Positions 15,001-27,224 are shown, numbered from the stretch's first letter. The stretch is DNA of 64,000 bases from Saccostrea cucullata (GCF_032062105.1 NW_026925998.1:806001-870000), one strand, 5' to 3'. The notes: generated by a model from the letters alone, not told the origin. Translations and numbers: made by a program.

Positions 15001-15474
15001 TATCTCCATATGTTTCACTCCATATTTTTGTTTTAAAAATCCATATATGATATTGAAAAAATACTTTAGTTTAAGAGATATTGATGCAGGCCTTTGCAGG
15101 TGTAAGGCTGAAAACATAAAACTGTCAGTTTCTATCAAAACGTCAAATTAACACATCAATATAGCACTGTATATATGTCGATATATGGTGAGAATAAAAT
15201 TATTCTAATTGCACAATTTAACTCCTCGCAATGGTTGAACAATTAATGCAAGATAATACCACTTCTCAATTTACTTTTATCTTCTTTGTATTGAAACGCA
15301 AAAACATAAATCCCGATGTTGCTACCATGTGTGGTTATTTTATTTGAACAGGTTGAATAACTCTGACATCTTACTTCACGTTCACTGTATTATTCAACCT
15401 AAAAAAAAATCACTACTTCTTTTTCAGATCATATCGCAGTTGCTACCAGATGGAGACCAAAAACCAGTGTATAG
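6052..15474 (+). CDS. Death domain-containing protein 1 (DTHD1)-like, ~1645 aa; exons 6052-8758, 8905-9025, 9141-9342, 9465-9608, 9695-9883, 10001-10274, 10491-10626, 10899-11464, 11744-11940, 13694-13802, 13991-14236, 15428-15474
   Basis: All 11 introns are GT-AG and the exons join into one 4938-nt stop-free frame. ZU5-like segments (ELLVSSV...LKVRIPF...W...LGIFAIVA) and a UPA-like segment (EGDVISLGLRGNI...FRF...EYCGFVQ). Death domain 1: FLRSLARLIGKEWYILARGLHLEHVRIQSI...YDILLAWLKRS...LASALKKSGRIDLAKEI. Death domain 2: SWKHVGSFLQLREEDIVEID...KCERMLNMWR...LIVLLKKAGYCYVADHI. Orthology to DTHD1 is inferred from architecture only. Confidence 0.88.
12660..12925 (+). repeat. Intronic repeat with a tRNA-like head
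   Basis: TAGCTCAGCTG (box A-like) and GGGGTTCGAATCCACC (box B-like), but no complete cloverleaf. Confidence 0.4.
14490..15012 (+). mobile_element. Penelope-like retroelement 3' fragment (RT C-terminus plus 3' UTR)
   Basis: Translates to ...QLIHYARVCSTYEQFLKRGNPLTNNLVKQEYQPSRLKTQFCKFFGRYNDLVNKYNL; 3' UTR shared with about 10 other copies in the window. Confidence 0.8.
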
Positions 15475-16719
15475 ATTTATAGATGTATAGATTTTGAAAA
15501 AAAGAATGATGGTAGATACTTCAAAATAGAGTCCGAAAAAAAAATAATATAGATTTATAACACACGATTCATAACCTTAAGAAATATTCTTAAATCTATA
15601 AAGTCATCAAGCGATGACAAAGCAGAACATTAATCTTTTAAAAGTTTTCTTTACATGAACAAAATAAAGAAAGCTGTGTATATTTGGAATTTATATTATT
15701 TTTTGAGCTATCCGTGTTCTTCCTTGAAACCTAAAGAGAGATTTTTTTGTTTTCAACCTTGTACGAGATTTTCCGTCAGTCAAAAGTTAATATATTGATA
15801 TATTTAATGACAAACGAGAAAAAAAGATCTTAATATAATAAAGTTTCTACTTGTACTATTTTCCTGAATTTATTATCTGTTTCCTATTTGGATGTTTTAC
15901 GCCATACGATAACGACTTACTTAATAGAATGAAAGCAAAATGACAAAAGAGAAGAAGCTCCCTCCATTGCATTCTTTTCTTATTCATGGAATGATATTCT
16001 GCTATAACATGTATATGAGGATGAATTACGTCCCCCTACTTATTTGATACTCGAAGGCATGAATACTATCATGTTATTTAAAACCTAGACAGACTACTGA
16101 CAGATAGGTTAATATAACAGAGATTTCAACAAGCTGGTGTATAATATGCATCTCGTAAATGATATGGTGTCTATTAAGACCTTTTGTATTTGCAAAACCA
16201 TTATGTGTATTGCCTATAATTTGTATTTATAAAAATTTTTTTTTTTTATCTGGGATCCTTGTTTTATGAACTGTTGACAGATTTGTATTGTCGGTGATTT
16301 TTCTTAGATTTTTTTGACGTTTTTAATATCATTTATACAGTTTTCTGTTTTAGGTGAATTCCTCCCAATGACCACGATACAATGAATCAACAATATAAGT
16401 AATTCTTGTATGTTGGTGCGAATTGTCTTTTCTATCTGAATATCATTTTTTAAATGCACAAAAGCTTGAGGTTGATATATGCTTGTTTAATTTTACTTGA
16501 CATATTTCAACATTATATCATTTGTAATTGTGCAAGTGGTTTATCAAGTTTTAAAGTGCATTAATTTAAGAAACGTTGATCCACGTTCTTTACACAGCTA
16601 ATGGACATTTTTTTTTCGTTTTAAATAGCACAAAATACCACGTATTTGTAATGCTTTCCGATGGACGAAATAAAGAAAAAAATATATTTTATAAAGTGTT
16701 CATGGGATGGAATGTAAAA

Positions 16720-17715
16720 AAAGGTTAAGATAATTAACAGTAATTAATCTATAAAATGTACACAGTACGAGCAGTGTTAAAAAGTGGACTCCAGACAACA
16801 CTAGAGAGGGGGTCAAGGAGGAATAGGTGCCTGGGAGCAGCAAGCATTACCTGTCGACCTGCAACACCTCTCTTGAACCCAAAGTATTTATATGTAGATG
16901 GAGTAATCGTAGTCAAAATTTACATTACAAATTGTCATGCAGCAAAAGCAATGGTCTAACAAATAGCATGCAACAGTCAGTCAACATATAGCGAATTTTA
17001 AACTTTATCTGCAAAGACACATTTAAAGGGGCATGGACACAGTTTCAGATAAAATTTCAAAATTTATTTTTCCATTTTTACAAGTATTTTACTAGGGTCT
17101 TTTTAATGATCATCAAAATTTGAAATCAGTTGTCGAAATACAAGACATATTTAGAGAACCAAACCTTTGTAATGTAAACAAGGTCCGTGTCGTGTTTTTG
17201 TTTACATAGATTAATATACTAATACATATTCGTTCAAAGTAGATAATTTCAATAAAAAGTTACTTTTAAATACAATTCGACAGTTTCTTTTGATTTGCTG
17301 AATCTGATTTTGTCATAAATATGATGGTTTCTATTTGTAAACAAAACAATGCACGGGCCTTGTTTACATTATGAAGAAGTTGAAGTTCTGTTTCTCGTTT
17401 GTTAATCCACAAATGATGTTCAAATTTTTGCTTATCAATAGATAATGCCTTAGGTAGGAATTGTAAACGTTAAAATTTTTTTTTTTAATTCAATTGAAAC
17501 TGTGTCTATGCCCCTTTAACGGAAACAGAATTTGCAAAATGTTGATCAATGACGAGATTGCCTTATAACTTACTCATTTGTCAATAGGTTGTAAAAAAAA
17601 GGATCGTTCTCAGAGAATATCATTTTGCACACTAAATCAGTTAGAAGACATGATGTTTAATACAGGTGATTGTAGAATATTATTACATAAATAACCAAAG
17701 TTGATGATGGACATG
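16720..17715 (-). mobile_element. Old Penelope-like 3' fragment interrupted by a MITE
   Basis: AGGTGCCTGGGAGCAGCAAGCATTACCTGTCGACC resembles the family 3' UTR; TACAGGTGATTGTAGAATATTATTACATAAATAACCAAAGTTGATGA resembles the RT segment on the far side of the MITE. Confidence 0.6.
17027..17515. mobile_element. Non-autonomous DNA transposon (MITE), TTAA TSD, Kolobok-like termini
   Basis: TTAA|AGGGGCATGGACACAGTTTCA ... TGAAACTGTGTCTATGCCCCT|TTAA, plus internal inverted repeats around TGTAAACAAGG/CCTTGTTTACA. Confidence 0.85.
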
Positions 17716-17942
17716 CTAGTCTTTCTGTTTAACACACATTTTATTCGTACGTTTGCGTTTATGGACTACATGTATAGTTACATAGGAAGAAAGATTCTTT
17801 GTGGAGTTATAAATGAATATATTTTTTGAGTTGTAAAAACATCTTTGATCTATCTGAATATCAATCAGAAGACCAAAGCAAGCAAATATTGTCAATGAGA
17901 AAAAGAAGCATCTTTTTGGACCGACTGCGCTGTAATTGTTTG

Positions 17943-17977
17943 TTTGATTGATTGATTGTGTATTGTTTAACGTCCCT

Positions 17978-18011
<34 letters not shown>

Positions 18012-18291
18012 GTATGCCAGTGAAGGGCTTCAAATTTTGACCTTTACTCGGCACTCAGGGCCATTGAGCAGTGAGGGAACTTTATCGTGCCAACGCCTGC
18101 CGCTGACACGGGGCCTCGGTTTTTAAGGTCTCATCCGAAGGACCCGCAACTTTCACTTCAAAGTGCCGAGCGCATGGCGAAAGAACAGTTGCTACCCATT
18201 TTAACGACTAGGTCAGTCGCGGCCGAGATACGAACTCACGACCTCCCGATCACGGAGCGAGCGCTCTACCGACTGAGCTACCGTGAACGGT
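17943..18291 (-). mobile_element. Full-length tRNA-derived SINE (Meta-type core) with 12-bp TSD
   Basis: Minus strand has box A GGTAGCTCAGTCGGTAGAGC, box B GAGTTCGTATC, core CGGATGAGACCTTAAAAACCGAGGCCCCGTGTC, and a (CAAT)n tail. TGTAATTGTTTG occurs at 17931-17942 and 18292-18303. Confidence 0.92.
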
Positions 18292-19164
18292 TGTAATTGT
18301 TTGAAGGATCAGATTGATTTTCAGAAATGTACTTTTTAGAAGATTAATGAAAAGATGAAAACTTTCGAGTTTAATTATTTTAAAGATGCAATCGAAAAGG
18401 ATTAAAAGACTCATGATTTTTTTTTCTCGAGAGAAATGATTGTACATGTACGTTCTTAGGAGGCGTGCGTTGATTTTTGGAAAAAAAGTTCTTAATGTTG
18501 CCTTGAAATTTTTGTTAAGTTACCTGGATATCTTAGGTTTATAAAAAACAACAGAATTTGTCAAATAAAAGGGATCAGAAAATTATTATATAAGAACAAA
18601 TAAATATAATTAATCTGCAATGTATTGCTAAAGCAGAAAGTATACAAAACCGCAAAATTTTATAATAGCAATTACGCCTGGTTTCTTTAACTTGCAGACA
18701 CATTTTTCTACAAAATTTGGAAAGTTTATTATGCACTTGACAACGTACCAAGGTCGAAATAGAGACGGAAATTGGATGCTAATTAGATTAATTGTTCGGA
18801 GTAATATATAAGACAGGCAGAAAAAGTAAAAGTTGTTGCTGATATCACCACTAATGAATTACATGGTAACAACATGACATTCGCCTACTTATGAATTAAC
18901 CTAACATAGTTAAAAGCTTTAACATTATTTCAGATAAAACATAGCATAGATTTGAAAGAAAATGAAACTAGAATATAAATGAAAAGTTGACAATTTATAT
19001 GATCAGACATTGGCTTGTAAGCGTTGTTGTTTTTGCTTGTCCTCAATTGAATGTTGAATGTATTATTAACCTTAAATCTTTGCAATGTAATCCCCGTTCG
19101 ACTTCGTACTAATAATTCAATTTCTATACATGTGTTGTTAGTAAAAATATGCTGTTTATGTAAT

Positions 19165-19408
19165 TTTTACCTTTTGACGTTGACCTTAGAGTTTGGCCCA
19201 CTTTTTAAAAATTGTAACATTTATCATATCTTTTGAACAGTTAGAACTAAGGCTTTCATATTTCACAGGTGTATTTCTTGTTACTATATTTTCATTTGGT
19301 TGCCAACAATTTTGACCATGACCTTTTGAGTTTGACTGGTATTTGAGAAATGCGTCTCTAAGCTGCCATACGGGGGCATCAGTGTTTCACAAATTAAGAC
19401 ATCTTGAT
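19165..19408 (+). mobile_element. Helentron/HINE-like 3' fragment
   Basis: TGACCTT...GAGTTTG repeat units followed by a GGGGGCATCAGTGTTTCACAAA...ACATCTTG end typical of bivalve HINE-type repeats. Confidence 0.5.
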
Positions 19409-19471
19409 TTTCAAGGAAGTAGATAAAGAATGTACAGAAAGACAGATAATGTAAAACCAAAAAAAATGCCT

Positions 19472-21615
19472 TGTGTTAAACACCCAATTTTATGTTAACG
19501 CCCCCAAAATCTCCCCGATTCAAGATCAATAATTTACTAACTTACCGCCTGTCAATCATTAAATAAGCAATAGCTATGGCAAGCCAAATTCACAAAAATG
19601 AGCTAAACATAGTTTCACAGTCGATAAACTAGGTTTATCGGTTGTAAACTACAGTTCACGGACTGTAAACTATAGTTAACAACGTTAATCTATATTTTAT
19701 ATCCGTAAACCATAGTTAACGCGATAATCTATGTTTCACAACCGCTTAACACTGAAAACAATCATTTGCGATTGCAAAACATAGATTATCTGATAAATAT
19801 AGTTTCACGATTTGTAAACTATAGTTAACAAACCGTTAACTATAGTTAACGATCTGATAAATATAGTTTCACGATTTGTGAAACTTTTATTAACAACTCA
19901 AAATATAGTTTAATTGTAAATTATTAAAACGTGAATAATTTTATAACAAAATCTATTGTTAACGCTTATTACAGACAGAAAGTGTTATCATCGTAAACTA
20001 GAGTAAACAACCGTTAAATATAGTTTTACAGATGAAAAAAAACGAATCGTTAACTATACTTAAGAAATCGTTAACTATATTTGTTTGTAAACTTGTTTAA
20101 GTCGATAAACCTAGTTTATAAAATGTGAAAATTATTTTTTGTGAAGAAATGATCTGATTGACAGATCAGCCACCTGTGCTACATGAAAATCCGAATTTAC
20201 ATGTTTACCTCACGCCAAACTCTTTCATGTACCCGCCTTGTATACACGCGGGTTAGAGAACTCCAATATGTTTGAATTTTATTTCAAAAAATAATTTAAA
20301 GTAAATTATTAAAACATTAATTTCATAAAATATTTCTTTTCTATCTTCACTGCCGTTTTACTCGAAAGTGTTATATCGTTCACGATACCTGTAGAAAAAA
20401 AAGACCGTCCACAGAAACCGGCTCTATTTGCAGTAATTGGAAGTCCGACGATTAAAATTATTTTTTTATGAAATGGGATTCGTCTATAAGAAATATTCAG
20501 CACTAATTAAAGAAAAGGTTACCTGAGGAGGGGGAGTGGTTAATTAACAGTGGTGTTATTCATCGACCCCAATAAAAAAAATCTATATACACGTTCCATT
20601 ACACAGGAAGTTTTGATCAGGGTCAACATTCCAGTCTAAATTTGAGTGAACACACTTGAAATAATTGAAATATTTCAATATAAAATTTATATATAAATAC
20701 ATCCAGCGATATCTGATGAAGAAAAAAATTATAAAGAAATATCGTTTTTATATTTTAAAAAAATGACAAACAAAAAGAACACAATAAAACTACAAACAAA
20801 AAAAAACTTGTATAAATATCAAAACAAAAAAAAAAATTCCATTTATAGATAGGCCTATCCTTCGTGTGAACATATACAATGTACCGTACCGCGATAGGAA
20901 TAAAAACAAAAAAATATTCACCATTTCCGGGTGTTCGTGTGTTTAAATTTTTTTTATTGTTTGCAAGATTTCTTTTAAGAATTGATCTTTGGCTGTATAA
21001 ATTCACTTTTTAATTTCGAATATTGGGTATTGACTGCAGATGTTAGGAAATTCGAACTAAAAGTTACAATTCGAAACTCCTACAGCTGTTTCTGACATTT
21101 CAGAACTTTACAACGGAACATGGTATAGATTGTATTCATATATGCGCAGATAAAACATGGGATAAAGAATTTTTTAGACGTTTGTGCTAAATATCCTTAT
21201 TTATCATATTCCAATTTTAATCGGCAAATAGCGTTTCTGTGCACGGACTGGTCTAAATTCTACAGCAGATATCTTGGACGACATATCGCCTAAAATACAA
21301 TATAGCCCGTTGAGATTAAAAGCAAATATTTTATGAAGTCATGTTTTAATTATCTACTCTCAACTGTTTTTAAAATAAAGTTTTACCAAGATTCTTTTTT
21401 TAACCCCCGTGTATACAAGGCGGCTACATGAAAGTGTTTAACGCGTGACCAGGTAATCGTTTTCAAAGGACAGAAACTCAGACTATCAGGTAGCACGGGT
21501 AGCTGCCCTGTCAATCAAATCAGAAGCTATTGTTTTTTTTAATGATTGACAGGCGGTAAATTATTGATCTTGAACCAGGTAGATTTTCACTGATAAAATT
21601 GGGTGTTTAACGGCC
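19472..21615. mobile_element. ~2.1-kb inverted-repeat (foldback) DNA element with a nested minisatellite insertion in its left arm
   Basis: GTTAAACACCCAATTTTAT...TTCAAGATCAATAATTTAC...CCGCCTGTCAATCATT (19475-19560) is mirrored at 21541-21611. TTTCATGTACCCGCCTTGTATACACG (20223-20248) is mirrored at 21408-21433. Confidence 0.8.
19576..20145. repeat. Degenerate ~22-bp palindromic minisatellite array (MITE-like)
   Basis: Repeated ATAGTTTCACGA/TAAACTATAGTTAAC units in both orientations. Confidence 0.75.
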
Positions 21616-21989
21616 TAGTTTACAAAGGGTGTTTTTATTTTGTACAATGCATGGCTACAATCTGCACGATGTAGTACGGAAATTTATGTTAGAATTAATG
21701 CTCGAATTTCCTCTAGTGTCTGTCTATATTCGTAATGAAAAGGTGAAGATAATTAATTAATAGTCATCGACCTTGAAAAAAAATCTTTCTAACAACTAAA
21801 TTTTGTTAACTAGGGTAACACACGAACAATTGAAAATATTGAATATTTTGGACAAGATTGTTGGCCAGAAAATTTAAAAAAAAAAAACAAAAACAAAACA
21901 AAACCAAAAAAACAAAAAAAAAAAAAACAAAAAAAACAAAACAATATTCCGATATCGCGGTAAATGTTCACATGCACGACGGATAAATG

Positions 21990-22180
21990 GATTGATTGAT
22001 TATATGCTGTTTAACGTCCCTTTCCAAAATATTTCATTGATAAAGAGACGTCACCATTGCCGATGGAGGGCTGCAAATTTAGGCCTATGCTCGGCACTTA
22101 CGACCTTTGAGCAGGGCGAGATCTTTGTCGTGCCACACCTGCTGTGACACGGGGCCTCGGTTTATACGGTCTCATCCGGA
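21990..22180 (-). mobile_element. 5'-truncated SINE copy
   Basis: (GATT)n tail, GAGACGTCACC and GTGACACGGGGCCTCGGTTTATACGGTCTCATCCG match the 17943-18291 element. Confidence 0.85.
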
Positions 22181-22784
22181 GAAATGGATTAATTATTTTC
22201 AATATTCAGACTTTTTTAATCATTGTGATTTCTTTTATTGAAGATTAGAAACAAATAAATATTATTGCTTTGCATTATTTACATGTACTCGTGATTTTTT
22301 CTTTAATTTAACGAACACCTTTTATAAAGCGATATATCTTTGTATTTTTTCCTTCAAAACATGACCATGAATGCGTTTAGGTTGCAATTAAATTTCATAT
22401 TAAAATAAATTTTTTTGCGTAGTTTCACTAAAAACACGTAATGTTGACCCTGATTACCAAACACAGATTTCCTGTGTACTACTACGTGTAAAGAGATTTT
22501 TGACATCTTGGGTATTGGGGGTCTCCAGGTAAATAACACCACTGTTAATTCGACCACTCCCCCTCCTCAGGCAACCGTACGGTAAAAAAAAAATTGGGTC
22601 TTTAAGATGTCACTCTGATTTCAAAGTCTCGTGAGCTTCTTTCTTATTTATTACATAATACAGACGAGTTACTTAAAATAATTCAAGGTTACACGGAGTG
22701 ACAATATAACTATTTGTTCATTTCATTGAACATAAATGCAGTTAGGGCATTACTTGACTCCTTTATAAAGACGGCTCGGGCAGT

Positions 22785-24943
22785 ATGGACTCTCGGATCA
22801 TTTTCATATCGATTATTTTCCTAAGCCAGATTTTATCGTTTGCTTCAGCTGGTCACAATGAAAGAGAGACGGATAAAGGAAAATTTATTCTGCGTAAATT
22901 TATTAGGATGGATAATCAATTTTCCAACAAACTAACCATTCCAATGTCAAATGAAATACCAACGTCATCGCAAGGTACGTTGTTTGTTTGTACATGTATG
23001 TTGTTTAATGTCCCTCTCGAATTTTTTTCACTCATATGGAGACGCCACCACTTGCCGGTGGAGAGATGCAAATGTTGTCCTTTACTCGGCACTTAGGACA
23101 GGGAAGGATCTTTTTCTTGCCAGCACCTACTGCGACACGGAACCTCGTTTTATAGGGTCTCTTCTGAGGGCTCGACGTCCCACAGTGGGATTCGAACCCG
23201 CGACGTAAGGATTGACTCCTTACTTGGCGACTCTAGAGCGACGCTCTAACCACTGCGCCACGCGGGTGATTCGCAAGGTACGTAAAATAAAAGAATGAAA
23301 TAAAAAAGTAATTTGGAAAAAATCGTTCTCAGTTTAAGAAACATACATCTTTTTTACCTGTGCGTTTCTTATTTGCAATCTTGAAAGTTTAAAGAAGACT
23401 AAGGCTTATTTGATGTCATAATTTTAGTTCGAAGGATCTTATGAGTTAGATTGCGTTGATAAATATAGCTGCATATTTAGTTTCCTTTTTTCTCGAGTAT
23501 TTATTATTGCAAAAATGGCTTTTTAACACTAAATCGCGAAAACGATTGTTCCATTTTTTAAGACCATTCAGCACCATTAAATCAAAAGCGAGTACCGGTA
23601 ATTCTATTTCGCAAGTAATGCTTTTCGGAAAATTACATAACAATAAATTCCTCGCGTTTAATTAGGAATTTGCAGTATTTTGATGTTCAGACAGCCGTCC
23701 TTGAATATAAAAACTTTTTTGTTTGCTTTTCAGAACAAAACAAAGAAGATGATGAGGATTTAGGTAAGTTAGAATTTTGTTACTCAATAATTATGTATTT
23801 TTTCCCATTAATTTGAAAAAAGTTACGTTTTAGAAAATGAATAATATTTGTTGGACAAAAAACAATCTGTTACATGTTATTGTGGAACATTATTTAGTAT
23901 TCAACAAGATGTTCTTTTTCGTGAAAAATGATCTGTCTTGATTTACGTACGGCAATTTAAGTCTAAGTTGGTTGCATTAAAAACGTTATTTACAAACCTA
24001 AGACTAGTAAACCAATTTCTTTGCATCAAGATTTTGGTACGAAAAAGCATGAAATCTTTTTTTTCCACAAATAGGGTACAACTGAAGGCACAGGACCTAG
24101 AATAAATTTTTTTTATCCTTGTTTTTATTAAAGGAAGTCAAGAAAAAAAATCATCCTTATCCTTTTTTCTTATGAATTTAGCAGTAATAATTCAATCTTG
24201 AAGATATGGCTTTAAACAAATGATCTTTTATTTAATTTAATATAATGAAAACCAATATACGGGTTCTTATAATTAAATATTTTTACAGTCAAAATTAACA
24301 AACTGCTAGTTTAGGTCGGCTCAATATTTCCATGCATCAATACCTACATTGCAGTACTTTGCATGTTAGAATTTATATCTTTGCTTTAATTTAATGGAAT
24401 GACCGAACTAACATGTCATATTCAGTTTGAAGAAGAGTAATTGTAGTACGTTATATTTGGGCTTTTTAAATCGCACAGTGGTCTCGTTATTTTGGAAAAT
24501 CGTGTCACACCTGTGTGTGACATAACCGAGGTAATAACTAAGTTTGTATACATTACTGTCAAAATTCTTTACATTACAAGCCTACATGACGCAATAGTCT
24601 TATAACATGGTATCAACATCACAATACACAAAAGATCATGCTTTGTACATTGCTTAAGTATATACAGTATAATTATTTGAATAAAGTAAAAGTTAACATT
24701 TATGGGATCAGGGCCAAGGATGTAGAATTGGCCAACTATGGGGATAAAAGTATTATTCTGCAGCTTTTATAGAATTTTTAGAAAACATTTTTTGAAATAT
24801 CCTACTCAAATCTAACTGAATAATGATAGGGATATTGAAAATGGTTTCTGTCCTTTGCAGGGGATACATTTTGCTCTCTGTGCAATGCGATTGAAGATCC
24901 AAATGCTCGTAGGGATTGTATTGCCATCAACTGTGCAGAATGA
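22785..24943 (+). CDS. Secreted four-cysteine peptide gene A (100 aa); exons 22785-22974, 23734-23763, 24861-24943
   Basis: MDSRIIFISIIFLSQILSFASA (signal) GHNERETDK...PTSSQ/EQNKEDDEDL/GDTFCSLCNAIEDPNARRDCIAINCAE*. Both introns are GT-AG, phase 1, with polypyrimidine tracts; the last exon is homologous to those of genes B-E. Confidence 0.88.
22981..23270 (-). mobile_element. tRNA-derived SINE inserted at the exon 1 splice donor of gene A, 13-bp TSD
   Basis: TCGCAAGGTACGT at 22968-22980 and 23271-23283; box A/B on the minus strand (GTGGCGCAGTGGTTAGAGCG, GGGTTCGAATCCC). Confidence 0.9.
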
Positions 24944-26261
24944 CGATAATATAATGCTGAAGAATTTATAAAATTTACAAACGATTTAAATCATTAGATC
25001 CTCAGTAAACGATGAAAAAACGCTGTTTAGATGTTGATCTGTTAACTGAATTTTGAATTTATTTAGTAGATGTCTTATACAAAAACACTTTTGTTTTATT
25101 ATGTAACACTTTGAGGGATATATCCTAGATACATTTATAATGCTTTAATGTTTATACATTATTTTCATTTTGTACTCTATACTAACTATATACTGTGTAT
25201 GCCTACTTTAATAGAGCTTTCTACTTTAGATAAACATTATCTAATTGTTTATGATTCGATTGTAAATTAAATATTAAAACCTTATTGTTATGTATTTGTC
25301 TTTGAGAAGTTTTGATACAATATCAAAATACAAGTATTAATAATATTAAAATAAGAATCCGTGAAAAAAATTACAATAAACAAATTAGTTTTCTTTTCTT
25401 AATTGAGCTTATTGTTTCAAAGAGAGTGAAGTGAGTTACCGCAGTTTTCATTAATAGCAAACTTTAAGGTCTGGGAACTATTCTCAACATAACAACATTT
25501 AATGTTAATCATAATGACTTCAATTTTCTTTTTCATTGTTATACCATTTTTAATTTTCTTATCACATCATATGTAGTTCATACGCAAACGCATGCAGTTG
25601 GAACAAAAAATTTGCTAGCTAATGAAAACGAGGTTGGTAATACAAGATTGTCCCGTTAAAAGTCAATAATTAGCGAAATTTATGATGAAAACAATAAGTT
25701 TGATAACATGAAAAAGGCACGAAAAATAAGACATGTGAAAACTTCAAGTGATTTTGACAAGAATTTCATTTGAATTTTACATGAAGAGCATATCGCATAA
25801 ATATCATGCAAAGAAAACATTTTTAAACCCACATTAAGCATAGGAGCTATCATAAAATTAAAAGCATTACTTTTTTAATTTGCGGTGACTTCTATCATAA
25901 AAATGATGTAATCTTCTTTATTAATGCTTATCATTAAGAGCTAAAACTGAAAATAATTGATATAGTACAGAGTTAGGAATCAGAAAAATAATTTAATCTT
26001 TAAAGGTTTTTTTGAATCTCAGAGTTTAATTTCTTGAAATTAAAACAGTAATACGCGTATCTGCTTAATACCATTTTAATACTTTACCTGAGAACTGTCG
26101 TGAATACAAATATGTAATAAAAGGCTAAAAAATTTAGAGTTATCGTGATGACTGTCAAGGAAAAGTGAAAATCAGATAACGGACCACTTTGGTACTGTGA
26201 CTTCACATGTCTCAGTTTTCGAATACTCAGTAACCTGAAAAAAGATTATTTTATAAAATAT

Positions 26262-26690
26262 TTGGAGTGACGTACAGTATTCAAGCTCTAATCTCCATTT
26301 AATCATACAAAAATAGGAACATTGCAAGCACAGCCAACCAAAACATCAGAGGCATGAGATCAGGTGCCATAGAGGAGAGAGCATCTCTTCAGATCGGCCA
26401 CATCCGCCATGTGCTCCTTGTCATGATTGGGAAATAATGGAAAAAATCCGTCGACAAATATAATGGCCTATCAAATAGTATGAAAAACGTCGGTCAGCAT
26501 TTGACTTAATGATAAATTGTATTTGCGGACAAGGTCATCGTATCGACCACAGAGCTTACAAAATGATGATTTTAAACGAATCTGCCGATATTCTTGTTTC
26601 ATAAGCTTTTTTGTCAATAACTCGTAACTTCGATTAAAAAATTGTTCACACGTAGGGCATGATCTTGCATATCGAATCAAGTGGAACCCC
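26262..26690 (-). mobile_element. Penelope-like 3' fragment
   Basis: LIRYARSCPTCEQFFNRSYELLTKKLMKQEYRQIRLKSSFCKLCGRYDDLVRKYNLSLSQMLTDVFHTI plus the family 3' UTR. Confidence 0.82.
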
Positions 26691-26707
26691 ATTTGCAGTT
26701 GCTTTTG

Positions 26708-26709
<2 letters not shown>

Positions 26710-26753
<44 letters not shown>

Positions 26754-26948
26754 AGCACAGAGAAATTCACTTTTACAAGGATACTCACTTCCGCCCCAGC
26801 CCGGGGTTGAACTCTCGACCTACGGAATCTGTCTCCTAGCAGTGCAGGAACAGCGCGTTAGACCGCTCGGCTATCTAGGCAAGTTAAAAAACTTGCTTTC
26901 GATGCCATGGTCACAACGCTGCCCTACACTACACGGTCATTGAGAATG

Positions 26949-26983
<35 letters not shown>

Positions 26984-27085
26984 ACAACTCTTAAACTAAT
27001 ATAACTGCCCTAAGTGAAGGAATATTAATATAGAAAGCACAGAGAAATTCACTTTTACAAGGATACTCACTTCCGCCCCAGCCCG
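26710..27085 (-). repeat. (TA)n-embedded tRNA-derived repeat, tandemly repeated into an assembly gap
   Basis: Minus strand GCCTAGATAGCCGAGCGGTCTAACGCGCTG...GAGAGTTCAACCCCGG lies between two (TA)n tracts; 26749-26803 recurs identically at 27031-27085, just before the Ns. Confidence 0.7.
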
Positions 27086-27224
27086 NNNNNNNNNNNNNNN
27101 NNNNNNNNNNNNNNNNNNNNNNNNNNNNNNNNNNNNNNNNNNNNNNNNNNNNNNNNNNNNNNNNNNNNNNNNNNNNNNNNNNNNNNNNNNNNNNNNNNNN
27201 NNNNNNNNNNNNNNNNNNNNNNNN
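27086..27224. other. Assembly gap
   Basis: Run of N. Confidence 1.

Noticed and set aside
18210-18291. Possible tRNA gene (also 23190-23270 and 12660-12735)
   Set aside because: Heads of SINE-type repeats; no proper acceptor stem, and where complete they are followed by SINE core, tail and TSD.
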